Below are positions 26,937 through 40,797 of a stretch of DNA of 64,000 nucleotides, one piece after another. The stretch covers positions 80,166,001 through 80,230,000 of the forward strand of contig NW_027266275.1 in the NCBI RefSeq assembly GCF_022045235.1. Reading direction: 5' to 3'. Within the stretch, counting starts at the first letter, position 1. Every line of letters starts with the position of its first letter. The stretch comes from Haliotis cracherodii. Lineage: Eukaryota. The notes under the pieces are model-generated. The model saw only the letters and a program-made list of their open reading frames with translations, made no database searches and was not told where the DNA came from. Made by a program: the position numbers and the translations under genes.

Positions 26937-28370
26937 ATGTCGCAGTTTAAAATGGCAATTTTCTTTCTGATATGTGTCGGAAATGTTGGAGGACGAGGTA
27001 TTGCTTTTCCCAAACAATTGCTAACCCAAGATGTTCGAGTCCTAACTGATACTTATGGGAATGGTGCACGACCTCTTGCAGATCAGTCCCCTATTGTTGG
27101 AAGGTTGAGTCATCCAGTTGATTATCAAAAGCCTTCAACACAATTCATGGTACAATTGTTTAACATTCTTCAAAAAGGGGCACCACTTGCAAGAGCGGCA
27201 GGCAGAAAGCTGAACACAGCTGATTTCAAGAAAGCAGACACCATCAGGAGCTTCACGGCTAAAGGTAATCTTTAACCTGGAGTCAGATCACATACGATTT
27301 TAATCATTAACAAACAAATATGAAAAAAGTAAGAAATTCAATATATCAAGGCCAGGGAATAAGCAGTCTCGATTGTCTGCCGAAACAATTGCAATGCGCA
27401 TAAAATGCCAAATAGTGATGGAAATTAGATGAATGGCTCGCAGACGTTAAGCATTCACTGCAAGAATATTCTTGATGTAAATGTTTTATTTGTACAACTT
27501 TGGTTTTCATGCAATGTATGTTTAATTCCAGACATGACACAAAAGAATGTAAGAAAGAGAGTTGAGCTATCGTTCAAGATTCCTAGTCTACCTGAGAACG
27601 AACGTCTCCGATTAGCTGAGTTCCGGTGCAGACGCTCTGTATCTCCTTTAAAGAAGTACAGGGTCAAGGTCATCATTCTCAAGGGAGAGAATATCGCACG
27701 AAAAGCTAACATCAGGGTCAAACCTATTACACAGGGTGAATATTATGTATTTGACATCAGTCGAGCCATCAAAGCCTTCATCAACGGTTACCACGGTGAC
27801 GCCACCATTCATGTGGAAATACCACGGACATTCTCCAGAATTCTTTTGAAAACAGCATCCGAAACTTATGGATACTTACTTGTATTTTATTTGGAAAATC
27901 GCCACTTTCTTCAAAACGTTTTGGAAACCTACAAAGTGGAAGAGCATTCCACTTTTGATGGATTAGGTAATATAGCATCACGCGCTAAAAGATCGGCACA
28001 TGCCACAAGCAGACGTCGAGAACGCAAGAACAGACGATGGAAGAAGTCCGGGAAGAAACAAGGCTGTCGTCTGTACGACTTTAACGTGGACTTCAAGACG
28101 ATCGGCTGGGGACAGTGGATCATCCACCCTACACGCTTCAACTCCAAATTCTGCCACGGAAACTGTCCCTCCCCCATCGACATCCGATTCAAACCCACCA
28201 ATCACGCCATGTTGCAGTCACTCATGAGAAGCAAGCGCTCCAACGCTGCTCCCGACCTTTGTTGTGTCCCAACCAAACTGGAACCTCTCAGCATGATGTA
28301 CGTGGAGGATGGCGAAGTTGTTGTACATCATCACGAGGACATGATCGCCTCTGAATGTGGATGTCGATGA
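26937..28370 (+). CDS. nodal: Nodal-like precursor, array copy 7; join(26937..27264,27532..28370)
   Basis: Intact; ADLS>ADQS (exon 1) and VVRHH>VVHHH. Confidence 0.88.
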
Positions 28371-31125
28371 CGTTGACGTCTCCCATGAACACCAATGGAC
28401 TATGTCATGAATTCTGATCGTAATCAGCTGCCAAACAACCAATCTGTGTCATGACACCTTGGCACGGCCAATTGTAACTGTGATATATAGATATACAATG
28501 GTGCTATTTTGTAGATACTGATTTGCTTCATGTAAAAGAAATGGATCGTTTGTAATAAATGTTACACTGTACCAAACTCTCTTTCTTGAATCATCGTAAT
28601 ATTATTTCTTTAGCGCTACACAGAACAATTTATATTCCAATATGACACATCCAACTAGTCAGTCCAAGGAGGTTACTCTTTTATAAACAATTAGAAAATA
28701 CATACTCGTACAACTTTCGATTGCACTTCACCTTCCATCGGTCATTCGTTACCAAGGATAGTTAGTTTGTGCTTGCATGTCACCTGAAATTACCTTTTCA
28801 ATGCAATACATGGAATGCATACGAATTCTCTTATTGACACTTAAAATAGGTGTGATAAATAGGAAGAGCGCACTCCTCATTTTTATCATGAGAAAACACT
28901 CTTGAAGTGTATCATGATAACCTGATTAGCACAAGTAGTTGCATGCCTTTGACACAAAGGAGATTAACAAAGAGGCCACCAGTGAAAGTGACATGGCTGC
29001 AGCAAGCGAAATAAAAAACCTTAACGTATGTTGACAAGCATAAATTGATTTTCACACGCCATATCCTAACCATGTTTTCTATATGCGTCAACGAATGTGG
29101 TGTCAGCGACATTCGGCAGAATTAATCAACGATCAATCATTGTTGGCAGTAAAATTGTGAAGAGTGAAACCCTTTCTTTCCGGATGGTGCCATTCCTTGT
29201 AAAAAACGTCCGGAAAGACGAAATATATATGGATACGGCGAAAACTTTGTGTTTTCATATATACATTCCAAACAAGACTGCATTATTTAACTGGAGTGGC
29301 TACAAGTCATACAATGTTTTCGAAACCTCTGTAGCTGTCTGTTCCTTAATTACTTACCACCATTTGAAAGCGGACTATGATTAAGGATTCCAAATCAAAG
29401 ACAAAAGAATCTTATTCAGAATATTATGGTATGTTCAAGGAACCCTCTTTTTATTTCATTATAATATATATTTCGGCAATGAAGGCAATGTTTATTTTTT
29501 CTCGGGTTCGTGATTAGCTGATAGTTTTAATCCATTTTTGAATTCCAATAACGCCAATAAGTAAGTAATAATTTGTAAAACATTCAGGGATGTACCAATT
29601 ATTTATTTAACAAAGAAGTCAATAATGTCCTTTCAGTGTTAACAATTTCATGTTGTTTCAAGATCACAGGGCCACAGAGCAATGATAATAATAATAAGGC
29701 AGGAGACATGCTAACATACTGAGACTGAGTGTGTTGTCTGACATGGCGACGTCTACATCGACGTTGTTGCACCAAGGCATGGCGGGACACTGATACACAC
29801 TTAGTTGAGGAGGATTAAAAATACTTGATCTTTATGATGTTTTGATGATAGATAATCTCTTATCACGACATGTGTCATTACATTCTTTATCCTCATAAAA
29901 CGGGAGAAAATGTTGCTGTGTTGATCACTTTGGTTTCTTAACAATCTTGGTGAACTTAACTACTTGAAATGCATCCTTCAATTCCTCTTATGAATAGCTT
30001 TGGTGAGGAACTAACACATACAGTGTATTACAGAAGGTAGCAACATGTAAACAGAGAGATAGCAATAATGGAACATTGTAGTTCAGAAATATGAAACTAA
30101 TATCTTATATTTGGGTACTTTCTATATGCTTAACTTGATTGTTACATACTATGCGAATATGTGCTCCCAATAACAGCAGTGCAATGAAACCTTGCAATCA
30201 GCATTTAAGAATCGCTTTGATGAATATTCACTGAGGCGTGTAATCGTTCACTCTAAAAGCTGACGAGGTGTTTTCTTAAAGGAAACTAGGAACTAGCTGA
30301 GATTAACGGGATGAGTGTGATCCGGGAGACAGGATCAGACAGTGATTGTTCGACAGTCAGATGAGACAGGGAGACGGGCTTGTTACTGTGGAGGAGCATG
30401 ATAGCCGCTGTCTGGGAACTGAATAGTGAAAAGAGTATGTACCTGTAAAGATGAAGGCCATCTTACACTGACGAATTGTGAATATGCATACGCCGTGATT
30501 TAAAGAAGCATATACAGTTTCTGGGACTTGGCACCAATATATAAATATACCGAATATACATGTAAGATCAGAATTAGTTGTGCAATTTCATTGAATCAAG
30601 AAAGCGTAATTCAATCTGACAACATCGGATTCCTGTATATAGCTTATGCGTATATTAAAATAACAATGTTTAATGTCAGAGAATCTATATTTCATGCCTT
30701 AAGAAGATAACTTCCACATGTACAGTAGTATATTACAGAATATTTTCATAAACACCTTGCTGGAAACATATGGTAATAAGATCTATGTAATTATTTTTTT
30801 CAAATTATTCGTTTGCAAAATATATTATCTGTCAAATCACAGCAACGCTTAAAATTATATCAATGTAGCAGATACGTGTTTATTTTACATACGATGCGTA
30901 CAATTACACATAATACACGCGACTACCATTTCTCTAAAGCAGATTATAAGCATTGCCTGAAGGAATATGAACACCTCGCCAACACCCGGCCATTGAATGA
31001 CCACTCGTCTTGTATACACAAGTAGTTGGGTCTGGTATATAACGCTACACGGGAGCTATCACATGATCACTTGCATTGCCACATCCTACACTTGCACACC
31101 AAAATATCTATCCAACTGTCTGAAA

Positions 31126-32559
31126 ATGTCGCAGTTTAAAATGGCAATTTTCTTTCTGATATGTGTCGGAAATGTTGGAGGACGAGGTATTGCTTTTCCC
31201 AAACAATTGCTAACCCAAGATGTTCGAGTCCTAACTGATACTTATGGGAATGGTGCACGACCTCTTGCAGATCAGTCCCCTATTGTTGGAAGGTTGAGTC
31301 ATCCAGTTGATTATCAAAAGCCTTCAACACAATTCATGGTACAATTGTTTAACATTCTTCAAAAAGGGGCACCACTTGCAAGAGCGGCAGGCAGAAAGCT
31401 GAACACAGCTGATTTCAAGAAAGCAGACACCATCAGGAGCTTCACGGCTAAAGGTAATCTTTAACCTGGAGTCAGATCACATACGATTTTAATCATTAAC
31501 AAACAAATATGAAAAAAGTAAGAAATTCAATATATCAAGGCCAGGGAATAAGCAGTCTCGATTGTCTGCCGAAACAATTGCAATGCGCATAAAATGCCAA
31601 ATAGTGATGGAAATTAGATGAATGGCTCGCAGACGTTAAGCATTCACTGCAAGAATATTCTTGATGTAAATGTTTTATTTGTACAACTTTGGTTTTCATG
31701 CAATTTATGTTTAATTCCAGACATGACACAAAAGAATGTAAGAAAGAGAGTTGAGCTATCGTTCAAGATTCCTAGTCTACCTGAGAACGAACGTCTCCGA
31801 TTAGCTGAGTTCCGGTGCAGACGCTCTGTATCTCCTTTAAAGAAGTACAGGGTCAAGGTCATCATTCTCAAGGGAGAGAATATCGCACGAAAAGCTAACA
31901 TCAGGGTCAAACCTATTACACAGGGTGAATATTATGTATTTGACATCAGTCGAGCCATCAAAGCCTTCATCAACGGTTACCACGGTGACGCCACCATTCA
32001 TGTGGAAATACCACGGACATTCTCCAGAATTCTTTTGAAAACAGCATCCGAAACTTATGGATACTTACTTGTATTTTATTTGGAAAATCGCCACTTTCTT
32101 CAAAACGTTTTGGAAACCTACAAAGTGGAAGAGCATTCCACTTTTGATGGATTAGGTAATATAGCATCACGCGCTAAAAGATCGGCACATGCCACAAGCA
32201 GACGTCGAGAACGCAAGAACAGACGATGGAAGAAGTCCGGGAAGAAACAAGGCTGTCGTCTGTACGACTTTAACGTGGACTTCAAGACGATCGGCTGGGG
32301 ACAGTGGATCATCCACCCTACACGCTTCAACTCCAAATTCTGCCACGGAAACTGTCCCTCCCCCATCGACATCCGATTCAAACCCACCAATCACGCCATG
32401 TTGCAGTCACTCATGAGAAGCAAGCGCTCCAACGCTGCTCCCGACCTTTGTTGTGTCCCAACCAAACTGGAACCTCTCAGCATGATGTACGTGGAGGATG
32501 GCGAAGTTGTTGTACATCATCACGAGGACATGATCGCCTCTGAATGTGGATGTCGATGA
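31126..32559 (+). CDS. nodal: Nodal-like precursor, array copy 8; join(31126..31453,31721..32559)
   Basis: Intact; same two changes as copy 7. Confidence 0.88.
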
Positions 32560-35314
32560 CGTTGACGTCTCCCATGAACACCAATGGACTATGTCATGAA
32601 TTCTGATCGTAATCAGCTGCCAAACAACCAATCTGTGTCATGACACCTTGGCACGGCCAATTGTAACTGTGATATATAGATATACAATGGTGCTATTTTG
32701 TAGATACTGATTTGCTTCATGTAAAAGAAATGGATCGTTTGTAATAAATGTTACACTGTACCAAACTCTCTTTCTTGAATCATCGTAATATTATTTCTTT
32801 AGCGCTACACAGAACAATTTATATTCCAATATGACACATCCAACTAGTCAGTCCAAGGAGGTTACTCTTTTATAAACAATTAGAAAATACATACTCGTAC
32901 AACTTTCGATTGCACTTCACCTTCCATCGGTCATACGTTACCAAGGATAGTTAGTTTGTGCTTGCATGTCACCTGAAATTACCTTTTCAATGCAATACAT
33001 GGAATGCATACGAATTCTCTTATTGACACTTAAAATAGGTGTGATAAATAGGAAGAGCGCACTCCTCATTTTTATCATGAGAAAACACTCTTGAAGTGTA
33101 TCATGATAACCTGATTAGCACAAGTAGTTGCATGCCTTTGACACAAAGGAGATTAACAAAGAGGCCACCAGTGAAAGTGACATGGCTGCAGCAAGCGAAA
33201 TAAAAAACCTTAACGTATGTTGACAAGCATAAATTGATTTTCACACGCCATATCCTAACCATGTTTTCTATATGCGTCAACGAATGTGGTGTCAGCGACA
33301 TTCGGCAGAATTAATCAACGATCAATCATTGTTGGCAGTAAAATTGTGAAGAGTGAAACCCTTTCTTTCCGGATGGTGCCATTCCTTGTAAAAAACGTCC
33401 GGAAAGACGAAATATATATGGATACGGCGAAAACTTTGTGTTTTCATATATACATTCCAAACAAGACTGCATTATTTAACTGGAGTGGCTACAAGTCATA
33501 CAATGTTTTCGAAACCTCTGTAGCTGTCTGTTCCTTAATTACTTACCACCATTTGAAAGCGGACTATGATTAAGGATTCCAAATCAAAGACAAAAGAATC
33601 TTATTCAGAATATTATGGTATGTTCAAGGAACCCTCTTTTTATTTCATTATAATATATATTTCGGCAATGAAGGCAATGTTTATTTTTTCTCGGGTTCGT
33701 GATTAGCTGATAGTTTTAATCCATTTTTGAATTCCAATAACGCCAATAAGTAAGTAATAATTTGTAAAACATTCAGGGATGTACCAATTATTTATTTAAC
33801 AAAGAAGTCAATAATGTCCTTTCAGTGTTAACAATTTCATGTTGTTTCAAGATCACAGGGCCACAGAGCAATGATAATAATAATAAGGCAGGAGACATGC
33901 TAACATACTGAGACTGAGTGTGTTGTCTGACATGGCGACGTCTACATCGACGTTGTTGCACCAAGGCATGGCCGGACACTGATACACACTTAGTTGAGGA
34001 GGATTAAAAATACTTGATCTTTATGATGTTTTGATGATAGATAATCTCTTATCACGACATGTGTCATTACATTCTTTATCCTCATAAAACGGGAGAAAAT
34101 GTTGCTGTGTTGATCACTTTGGTTTCTTAACAATCTTGGTGAACTTAACTACTTGAAATGCATCCTTCAATTCCTCTTATGAATAGCTTTGGTGAGGAAC
34201 TAACACATACAGTGTATTACAGAAGGTAGCAACATGTAAACAGAGAGATAGCAATAATGGAACATTGTAGTTCAGAAATATGAAACTAATATCTTATATT
34301 TGGGTACTTTCTATATGCTTAACTTGATTGTTACATACTATGCGAATATGTGCTCCCAATAACAGCAGTGCAATGAAACCTTGCAATCAGCATTTAAGAA
34401 TCGCTTTGATGAATATTCACTGAGGCGTGTAATCGTTCACTCTAAAAGCTGACGAGGTGTTTTCTTAAAGGAAACTAGGAACTAGCTGAGATTAACGGGA
34501 TGAGTGTGATCCGGGAGACAGGATCAGACAGTGATTGTTCGACAGTCAGATGAGACAGGGAGACGGGCTTGTTACTGTGGAGGAGCATGATAGCCGCTGT
34601 CTGGGAACTGAATAGTGAAAAGAGTATGTACCTGTAAAGATGAAGGCCATCTTACACTGACGAATTGTGAATATGCATACGCCGTGATTTAAAGAAGCAT
34701 ATACAGTTTCTGGGACTTGGCACCAATATATAAATATACCGAATATACATGTAAGATCAGAATTAGTTGTGCAATTTCATTGAATCAAGAAAGCGTAATT
34801 CAATCTGACAACATCGGATTCCTGTATATAGCTTATGCGTATATTAAAATAACAATGTTTAATGTCAGAGAATCTATATTTCATGCCTTAAGAAGATAAC
34901 TTCCACATGTACAGTAGTATATTACAGAATATTTTCATAAACACCTTGCTGGAAACATATGGTAATAAGATCTATGTAATTATTTTTTTCAAATTATTCG
35001 TTTGCAAAATATATTATCTGTCAAATCACAGCAACGCTTAAAATTATATCAATGTAGCAGATACGTGTTTATTTTACATACGATGCGTACAATTACACAT
35101 AATACACGCGACTACCATTTCTCTAAAGCAGATTATAAGCATTGCCTGAAGGAATATGAACACCTCGCCAACACCCGGCCATTGAATGACCACTCGTCTT
35201 GTATACACAAGTAGTTGGGTCTGGTATATAACGCTACACGGGAGCTATCACATGATCACTTGCATTGCTACATCCTACACTTGCACACCAAAATATCTAT
35301 CCAACTGTCTGAAA

Positions 35315-36748
35315 ATGTCGCAGTTTAAAATGGCAATTTTCTTTCTGATATGTGTCGGAAATGTTGGAGGACGAGGTATTGCTTTTCCCAAACAATTGCT
35401 AACCCAAGATGTTCGAGTCCTAACTGATACTTATGGGAATGGTGCACGACCTCTTGCAGATCTGTCCCCTATTGTTGGAAGGTTGAGTCATCCAGTTGAT
35501 TATCAAAAGCCTTCAACACAATTCATGGTACAATTGTTTAACATTCTTCAAAAAGGGGCACCACTTGCAAGAGCGGCAGGCAGAAAGCTGAACACAGCTG
35601 ATTTCAAGAAAGCAGACACCATCAGGAGCTTCACGGCTAAAGGTAATCTTTAACCTGGAGTCAGATCACATACGATTTTAATCATTAACAAACAAATATG
35701 AAAAAAGTAAGAAATTCAATATATCAAGGCCAGGGAATAAGCAGTCTCGATTGTCTGCCGAAACAATTGCAATGCGCATAAAATGCCAAATAGTGATGGA
35801 AATTAGATGAATGGCTCGCAGACGTTAAGCATTCACTGCAAGAATATTCTTGATGTAAATGTTTTATTTGTACAACTTTGGTTTTCATGCAATGTATGTT
35901 TAATTCCAGACATGACACAAAAGAATGTAAGAAAGAGAGTTGAGCTATCGTTCAAGATTCCTAGTCTACCTGAGAACGAACGTCTCCGATTAGCTGAGTT
36001 CCGGTGCAGACGCTCTGTATCTCCTTTAAAGAAGTACAGGGTCAAGGTCATCATTCTCAAGGGAGAGAATATCGCACGAAAAGCTAACATCAGGGTCAAA
36101 CCTATTACACAGGGTGAATATTATGTATTTGACATCAGTCGAGCCATCAAAGCCTTCATCAACGGTTACCACGGTGACGCCACCATTCATGTGGAAATAC
36201 CACGGACATTCTCCAGAATTCTTTTGAAAACAGCATCCGAAACTTATGGATACTTACTTGTATTTTATTTGGAAAATCGCCACTTTCTTCAAAACGTTTT
36301 GGAAACCTACAAAGTGGAAGAGCATTCCACTTTTGATGGATTAGGTAATATAGCATCACGCGCTAAAAGATCGGCACACGCCACAAGCAGACGTCGAGAA
36401 CGCAAGAACAGACGATGGAAGAAGTCCGGGAAGAAACAAGGCTGTCGTCTGTACGACTTTAACGTGGACTTCAAGACGATCGGCTGGGGACAGTGGATCA
36501 TCCACCCTACACGCTTCAACTCCAAATTCTGCCACGGAAACTGTCCCTCCCCCATCGACATCCGATTCAAACCCACCAATCACGCCATGTTGCAGTCACT
36601 CATGAGAAGCAAGCGCTCCAACGCTGCTCCCGACCTTTGTTGTGTCCCAACCAAACTGGAACCTCTCAGCATGATGTACGTGGAGGATGGCGAAATTGTT
36701 GTACGTCATCACGAGGACATGATCGCCTCTGAATGTGGATGTCGATGA
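35315..36748 (+). CDS. nodal: Nodal-like precursor, array copy 9; join(35315..35642,35910..36748)
   Basis: Intact; GEVVV>GEIVV. Confidence 0.88.
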
Positions 36749-39361
36749 CGTTGACGTCTCCCATGAACACCAATGGACTATGTCATGAATTCTGATCGTA
36801 ATCAGCTGCCAAACAACCAATCTGTGTCATGACACCTTGGCACGGCCAATTGTAACTGTGATATATAGATATACAATGGTGCTATTTTGTAGATACTGAT
36901 TTGCTTCATGTAAAAGAAATGGATCGTTTGTAATAAATGTTACACTGTACCAAACTCTCTTTCTTGAATCATCGTAATATTATTTCTTTAGCGCTACACA
37001 GAACAATTTATATTCCAATATGACACATCCACCTGTCAGTCCAAGGAGGTTACTCTTTTATAAACAATTAGAAAATACATACTCGTACAACTTTCGATTG
37101 CACTTCACCTTCCATCGGTCATACGTTACCAAGGATAGTTAGTTTGTGCTTGCATGTCACCTGAAATTACCTTTTCAATGCAATACATGGAATGCATACG
37201 AATTCTCTTATTGACACTTAAAATAGGTGTGATAAATAGGAAGAGCGCACTCCTCATTTTTATCATGAGAAAACACTCTTGAAGTGTATCATGATAACCT
37301 GATTAGCACAAGTAGTTGCATGCCTTTGACACAAAGGAGATTAACAAAGAGGCCACCAGTGAAAGTGACATGGCTGCAGCAAGCGAAATAAAAAACCTTA
37401 ACGTATGTTGACAAGCATAAATTGAAACCCTTTCTTTCCGGATGGTGCCATTCCTTGTAAAAAACGTCCGGAAAGACGAAATATATATGGATACGGCGAA
37501 AACTTTGTGTTTTCATATATACATTCCAAACAAGACTGCATTATTTAACTGGAGTGGCTACAAGTCATACAATGTTTTCGAAACCTCTGTAGCTGTCTGT
37601 TCCTTAATTACTTACCACCAATTGAAAGCGGACTATGATTAAGGATTCCAAATCAAAGACAAAAGAATCTTATTCAGAATATTATGGTATGTTCAAGGAA
37701 CCCTCTTTTTATTTCATTATAATATATATTTCGGCAATGATGGCAATGTTTATTTTTTAGTTTTAATCCATTTTTGAATTCCAATAACGCCAATAAGTAA
37801 GTAATAATTTGTAAAACATTCAGGGATGTACCAATTATTTATTTAACAAAGAAGTCAATAATGTCCTTTCAGTGTTAACAATTTCATGTTGTTTCAAGAT
37901 CACAGGGCCACAGAGCAATGATAATAATAATAAGGCAGGAGACATGCTAACATACTGAGACTGAGTGTGTTGTCTGACATGGCGACGTCTACATCGACGT
38001 TGTTGCACCAAGGCATGGCGGGACACTGATACACACTTAGTTGAGGAGGATTAAAAATACTTGATCTTTATGATGTTTTGATGATAGATAATCTCTTATC
38101 ACGACATGTGTCATTACATTCTTTATCCTCATAAAACGGGAGAAAATGTTGCTGTGTTGATCACTTTGGTTTCTTAACAATCTTGGTGAACTTAACTACT
38201 TGAAATGCATCCTTCAATTCCTCTTATGAATAGCTTTGGTGAGGAACTAACACATACAGTGTATTACAGAAGGTAGCAACATGTAAACAGAGAGATAGCA
38301 ATAATGGAACATTGTAGTTCAGAAATATGAAACTAATATCTTATATTTGGGTACTTTCTATATGCTTAACTTGATTGTTACATACTATGCGAATATGTGC
38401 ACCCAATAACAGCAGTGCAATGAAACCTTGCAATCAGCATTTAAGAATCGCTTTGATGAATATTCACTGAGGCGTGTAATCGTTCACTCTAAAAGCTGAC
38501 GAGGTGTTTTCTTAAAGGAAACTAGGAACTAGCTGAGATTAACGGGATGAGTGTGATCCGGGAGACAGGATCAGACAGTGATTGTTCGACAGTCAGATGA
38601 GACAGGGAGACGGGCTTGTTACTGTGGAGGAGCATGATAGCCGCTGTCTGGGAACTGAATAGTGAAAAGAGTATGTACCTGTAAAGATGAAGGCCATCTT
38701 ACACTGACGAATTGTGAATATGCATACGCCGTGATTTAAAGAAGCATATACAGTTTCTGGGACTTGGCACCAATATATAAATATACCGAATATACATGTA
38801 AGATCAGAATTAGTTGTGCAATTTCATTGAATCAAGAAAGCGTAATTCAATCTGACAACATCGGATTCCTGTATATAGCTTATGCGTATATTAAAATAAC
38901 AATGTTTAATGTCAGAGAATCTATATTTCATGCCTTAAGAAGATAACTTCCACATGTACAGTAGTATATTACAGAATATTTTCATAAACACCTTGCTTGA
39001 AACATATGGTAATAAGATCTATGTAATTATTTTTTTCAAATTATTCGTTTGCAAAATATATTATCTGTCAAATCACAGCAACGCTTAAAATTATATCAAT
39101 GTAGCAGATACGTGTTTATTTTACATACGATGCGTACAATTACACATAATACACGCGACTACCATTTCTCTAAAGCAGATTATAAGCATTGCCTGAAGGA
39201 ATATGAACACCTCGCCAACACCCGGCCATTGAATGACCACTCGTCTTGTATACACAAGTAGTTGGGTCTGGTATATAACGCTACACGGGAGCTATCACAT
39301 GATCACTTGCATTGCCACATCCTACACTTGCACACCAAAATATCTATCCAACTGTCTGAAA

Positions 39362-40797
39362 ATGTCGCAGTTTAAAATGGCAATTTTCTTTCTGATATGT
39401 GTCGGAAATGTTGGAGGACGAGGTATTGCTTTTCCCAAACAATTGCTAACCCAAGATGTTCGAGTCCTAACTGATACTTATGGGAATGGTGCACGACCTC
39501 TTGCAGATCTGTCCCCTATTGTTGGAAGGTTGAGTCATCCAGTTGATTATCAAAAGCCTTCAACACAATTCATGGTACAATTGTTTAACATTCTTCAAAA
39601 AGGGGCACCACTTGCAAGAGCGGCAGGCAGAAAGCTGAACACAGCTGATTTCAAGAAAGCAGACACCATCAGGAGCTTCACGGCTAAAGGTAATCTTTAA
39701 CCTGGAGTCAGATCACATACGATTTTAATCATTAACAAACAAATATGAAAAAAAAGTAAGAAATTCAATATATCAAGGCCAGGGAATAAGCAGTCTCGAT
39801 TGTCTGCCGAAACAATTGCAATGCGCATAAAATGCCAAATAGTGATGGAAATTAGATGAATGGCTCGCAGACGTTAAGCATTCACTGCAAGAATATTCTT
39901 GATGTAAATGTTTTATTTGTACAACTTTGGTTTTCATGCAATGTATGTTTAATTCCAGACATGACACAAAAGAATGTAAGAAAGAGAGTTGAGCTATCGT
40001 TCAAGATTCCTAGTCTACCTGAGAACGAACGTCTCCGATTAGCTGAGTTCCGGTGCAGACGCTTTGTATCTCCTTTAAAGAAGTACAGGGTCAAGGTCAT
40101 CATTCTCAAGGGAGAGAATATCGCACGAAAAGCTAACATCAGGGTCAAACCTATTACACAGGGTGAATATTATGTATTTGACATCAGTCGAGCCATCAAA
40201 GCCTTCATCAACGGTTACCACGGTGACGCCACCATTCATGTGGAAATACCACGGACATTCTCCAGAATTCTTTTGAAAACAGCATCCGAAACTTATGGAT
40301 ACTTACTTGTATTTTATTTGGAAAATCGCCACTTTCTTCAAAACGTTTTGGAAACCTACAAAGTGGAAGAGCATTCCACTTTTGATGGATTAGGTAATAT
40401 AGCATCACGCGCTAAAAGATCGGCACACGCCACAAGCAGACGTCGAGAACGCAAGAACAGACGATGGAAGAAGTCAGGGAAGAAACAAGGCTGTCGTCTG
40501 TACGACTTTAACGTGGACTTCAAGACGATCGGCTGGGGACAGTGGATCATCCACCCTACACGCTTCAACTCCAAATTCTGCCACGGAAACTGTCCCTCCC
40601 CCATCGACATCCGATTCAAACCCACCAATCACGCCATGTTGCAGTCACTCATGAGAAGCAAGCGCTCCAACGCTGCTCCCGACCTTTGTTGTGTCCCAAC
40701 CAAACTGGAACCTCTCAGCATGATGTACGTGGAGGATGGCGAAGTTGTTGTACGTCATCACGAGGACATGATCGCCTCTGAATGTGGATGTCGATGA
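39362..40797 (+). CDS. nodal: Nodal-like precursor, array copy 10; join(39362..39689,39959..40797)
   Basis: Intact; RRSVS>RRFVS; intron 2 bp longer (A-run expansion). Confidence 0.88.
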
